Shown: piece after piece, positions 3,556 through 5,811 of the stretch
Position numbering within the stretch: position 1 is the stretch's first letter
Layout of the letters: each line of letters opens with the position of its first letter
Virus record (IMG/VR): IMGVR_UViG_3300045988_026689
Reading direction: 5' to 3' (one strand)
DNA length: 5,811 nt
DNA from: a virus
Notes under the pieces: model-generated
Databases searched by the model: none
Seen by the model: the letters and a program-made list of their open reading frames with translations, nothing else
What the model was told of the DNA's origin: nothing
Translations under genes and position numbers: made by a program

Positions 3556-3566
3556 AGGAGAAAAAC

Positions 3567-3821
3567 ATGAAACTGAAATTTTACTCGTTCCGCGACGCAC
3601 TAACCAACGGCTACTCTCAGCCGTTTTTGCAGAACAACAGAGCGCAGGCAGTAAGAACGGCACGATGGAAAGCAGACGAAAGCAAGCCGAACGAAATCGA
3701 GGACATCAGCCTCGTTGAGCTGGGCGAATTCGACACGGAAACGGGATACATGAGTGAGGCAGCGCCTGAACACATCGCACGACTCATCGACCTGAAGGAG
3801 ACGACCAATGTTAAATCCTGA
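3567..3821 (+). CDS. VP5: VP5-like small non-structural protein (gokushovirus ORF5 family, proposed phiX174 protein C analogue).
   Basis: 84-aa ORF with AAAGGAG 6 nt upstream. The pattern MKLKFYSFRD......SQPF.....A.A.R.......P.E..D..LVELGEFDTETG matches the conserved layout I recall for microvirus VP5/ORF5 proteins (F.I.D.K...F..PF ... D..L...G.FD..TG). Its position directly upstream of and overlapping VP3 is canonical. Confidence 0.6.
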   Translation: MKLKFYSFRDALTNGYSQPFLQNNRAQAVRTARWKADESKPNEIEDISLVELGEFDTETGYMSEAAPEHIARLIDLKETTNVKS

Positions 3822-4230
3822 AATGATGGTGCGATACTTCGGGCTGCCGACAGAAAGAAAGACAAACAATTCTGGCAGCAAGACAGAACCAACATGGAAA
3901 GCAGTCAAACGACCAAACGGCACTACCGACTACATCCAGCAGCCGGACGAAAACATATACGAGAAAATCCAAAAAGCGGGCGAGGGCTACGACCTTGCAA
4001 GCGCAATCGCGAGGCTGGAAGCTGGAGACACCAGCATCAAAGCAAAAAGCGTGATATACACCGAGGGCACCGGCCTCGAAAATCTACCAAAAGATATCAT
4101 GACAATGCACGAAAAAGCAAACGCAGCAGCCGAAACACTGGAAAAACTGAAACAGATGAAAAAGAACGAACAACCGAAGCCGGAAGAAGAAAAAAAGGAA
4201 GAGGTGAAGGACAACGAACAGAAACAGTGA
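3808..4230 (+). CDS. VP3: Internal scaffolding protein (VP3, Chlamydia-phage scaffold family).
   Basis: 140-aa ORF with GAAGGAG 7 nt upstream. It overlaps the VP5 3' end by 14 nt and lies immediately upstream of VP1. NIYEKIQKAGEGYDLASAIARLEAGDTS......YTEGTG...LPKDIMTMHEKANAAAETLEKL resembles the conserved central part of gokushovirus VP3. It has a highly charged Lys/Glu C-tail. Confidence 0.72.
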   Translation: MLNPEMMVRYFGLPTERKTNNSGSKTEPTWKAVKRPNGTTDYIQQPDENIYEKIQKAGEGYDLASAIARLEAGDTSIKAKSVIYTEGTGLENLPKDIMTMHEKANAAAETLEKLKQMKKNEQPKPEEEKKEEVKDNEQKQ

Positions 4231-4255
4231 AAACCATTTCGCGCAAGTGCCGCGA

Positions 4256-5811
4256 ATGGAGCGACCACGAAGCAAATTTGACCGAAGTCATCAGCTCTTG
4301 ACGACCATTAACGAGGGCGAACTCGTTCCAATCTACTGCGACGAAGTACTGCCGGGTGATACCGCACGTATTCGTCTGAACGGCCTTATCCGTATGAGTA
4401 CACCCATCTATCCAGTGATGGATAACTGCTATATGGACACATACTTCTTCTTTGTCCCGTGCCGTCTGCTGTGGGAGCACTGGCAAAACATGTTTGGGGA
4501 GAATGACACCGATTACTGGGCAGAGAAAACCGAATACAGCACGCCGACATGCAAAATTGGCGGCAAATCCGGGCTTGCAAATGGCAGCATCGGCGACTAC
4601 TTCGGACTGCCGACCGAAGTAAAAAATGAAATCCAAGTTAACGCGCTGCCTATCAGAGCATACGCAATGATCTACAACGAATGGTTTCGAGACGAAAATC
4701 TGGAAGCACCGCTAATGCTAGGCTACAAAAAAACCGATGATGCAGCAAAAGACGATTCACCGGGACCGGCAAACGCATACGCCAACCAACCGTCGTTAAC
4801 AACAAACACCAACGAAGCAAGCATGTACGGGAGAAAACCGGCCAAAGCGGGTAAGTTCCACGACTACTTCACGTCCTGCCTCCCTTCACCGTTGAAATCT
4901 GACCCTGTGGAAATCAGCCTGACAGGAGACGCACCGGTCGTTATGGGCAACTACAACGAAGTAACCGGCAAGGTAGAAGCATTTGACATGGATACGAATG
5001 TCTGGTTCAACGGCAAAGGCGCAGGAGCGGGGCGAGCCTTCAACCGGTATTACCAGAATACACAACCAGGATACCCGGCGGTAGAACTGGCAGGCCTAGA
5101 AACCAACGGAGCAACAACTCAGCCAGACGGCGGCAACATCCTAACAGGCAACCTATACGCCAACCTGAACAACGTGACGGCAATCAAAATTGAGGATTTG
5201 CGAATGGCTATTGCCTTACAGCACATTTTCGAGACTGATGCACGAAACGGCACGCGCTACCGCGAATTCCTAAGCGGAACATGGGGCGTAACGTCACCGG
5301 ACAGCCGTCTGCAGATTCCGGAATACATCGGCGGTCAGCGCATAGCAATCAACGTCAATCAGGTCGTACAGACGAGCCAGACGGACACGACAACCGGACA
5401 GGCACTGGGCAATACAGCAGCATACAGTCTGACCACATGCAGTAAGCAGATGGTTGACTATGCAGCAACCGAATACGGCTATATCATCGGTCTGGCAGTG
5501 GTACGAGTGGAGCACAGCTATCAGCAGGGACTTGCGACCAAGTGGACACGCGGTGGAAGATTTACCTACTACGACCCGCGACTGGCAACACTGGGAGAGC
5601 AGCCGGTATACAACAGAGAAATCTACGCACAGGGCACGCCCGAAGATAACGAAATCTTCGGGTACCAAGAAGCTTGGGCGGACTACCGCTACAAGCCATC
5701 TTACGTAACCGGAGAAATGAGGTCGAACTACGCGACAAGTCTGGACGCATGGCACTATGCAGACGATTATAACACGCTGCCGAGACTGTCAGCGGAATGG
5801 ATACAAGAGGG
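4256..5811 (+). CDS. VP1: Microviridae major capsid protein (VP1 / F-protein family). This is the N-terminal ~519 codons; the gene continues across the circular junction into 1-252, for 562 aa in total.
   Basis: Frame 2 has no stop codon from ATG 4256 to the window end. It is absent from the ORF track only because it has no stop in the window. Translation: MERPRSKFDRSHQLLTTINEGELVPIYCDEVLPGDTARIRLNGLIRMSTPIYPVMDNCYMDTYFFFVPCRLLWEHWQNMFGE...RAYAMIYNEWFRDENL. These are hallmark conserved blocks of microvirus capsid proteins. The frame at 5693 equals the frame of position 1. Confidence 0.95.
   Translation, partial: MERPRSKFDRSHQLLTTINEGELVPIYCDEVLPGDTARIRLNGLIRMSTPIYPVMDNCYMDTYFFFVPCRLLWEHWQNMFGENDTDYWAEKTEYSTPTCKIGGKSGLANGSIGDYFGLPTEVKNEIQVNALPIRAYAMIYNEWFRDENLEAPLMLGYKKTDDAAKDDSPGPANAYANQPSLTTNTNEASMYGRKPAKAGKFHDYFTSCLPSPLKSDPVEISLTGDAPVVMGNYNEVTGKVEAFDMDTNVWFNGKGAGAGRAFNRYYQNTQPGYPAVELAGLETNGATTQPDGGNILTGNLYANLNNVTAIKIEDLRMAIALQHIFETDARNGTRYREFLSGTWGVTSPDSRLQIPEYIGGQRIAINVNQVVQTSQTDTTTGQALGNTAAYSLTTCSKQMVDYAATEYGYIIGLAVVRVEHSYQQGLATKWTRGGRFTYYDPRLATLGEQPVYNREIYAQGTPEDNEIFGYQEAWADYRYKPSYVTGEMRSNYATSLDAWHYADDYNTLPRLSAEWIQE
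5693..5811. repeat. Terminal direct repeat, right copy (identical to 1-119).
   Basis: Same as the left copy. It runs to the last base of the window, as expected for an end overlap of a circular contig. Confidence 0.95.

Noticed and set aside
3132-3663. ORFs 3132-3389 (+), 3159-3506 (-), 3322-3663 (-) and 3491-3718 (+).
   Set aside because: The first three owe their length to the stop-free 14-nt repeat, which gives a 42-nt periodic peptide (MQPSACSLQHAAFS). All four overlap better-supported genes in other frames or on the other strand, and none has an RBS.
4238-4256. 6-bp hairpin ttcgcg/cgcgaa ending on the A of the VP1 ATG.
   Set aside because: The stem is short and has no T-tract. It could modestly affect VP1 initiation, but it is not distinguishable from chance.
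3894-4301. 135-aa extremely basic +-strand ORF overlapping VP3 and the VP1 start in another frame. It was considered because overlapping genes are common in Microviridae (phiX174 B, K, E).
   Set aside because: There is no SD before ATG 3894. The Arg/Lys/Ser-rich composition is what a shifted frame of a purine-rich, Lys/Glu-encoding gene gives by default. It would need conservation evidence in relatives to be taken seriously.
3600-4636. Minus-strand ORFs 3600-3923, 3617-3895, 3987-4268, 4084-4275, 4097-4636 and 4386-4580.
   Set aside because: They are antisense to VP5, VP3 and VP1. They have no RBS, and their compositions (Phe/Cys/Ser/Arg-rich) are typical of antisense frames.
5294-5755. 153-aa minus-strand ORF, and the smaller ORFs 5454-5708 (+) and 5562-5750 (-), within the VP1 3' region.
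   Set aside because: They are embedded in the conserved capsid frame, are Cys/Arg/Val-rich as antisense or shifted frames tend to be, and have no RBS.

Overview
The window is one complete, circularly permuted genome of a small ssDNA phage of the family Microviridae. The gene order is Gokushovirinae-like: VP1-VP2-VP4-[accessory block]-VP5-VP3. Nt 1-119 recur exactly at 5693-5811, so the unit genome is 5,692 nt. The major capsid gene starts at 4256, runs off the right edge and finishes at 252. All supportable genes are on the + strand, which is purine/A-rich, and most have strong Shine-Dalgarno sites. The core genes are the VP1 major capsid protein, the VP2 DNA pilot protein, the VP4 HUH rolling-circle Rep, a VP5-like small protein and the VP3 internal scaffold. 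Between VP4 and VP5 lies a roughly 1.1 kb accessory block with its own sigma70-like promoter. It holds a 50-aa Tyr-rich ORF that is translationally coupled to a zinc M15-family cell-wall peptidase. These are followed by a 38-aa arginine-rich J/ORF8-like DNA-binding protein, a perfect 14-nt x 5.7 tandem repeat, and a 34-aa ORF with the best SD in the genome. A second unusual region is the ~340-nt VP2-VP4 intergenic space. It has nine same-orientation TTCAAC(A) repeats in three clusters, a 13-nt palindrome, an (ACT)6 microsatellite, a phiX174-ori-like CAACAAG/TTAATAA string and a 9-bp hairpin. Intrinsic terminators follow VP1 and VP2. Two strong SD sequences are separated from their start codons by stable hairpins. 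Everything here comes from reading the sequence and recalling family motifs; no database search was possible.
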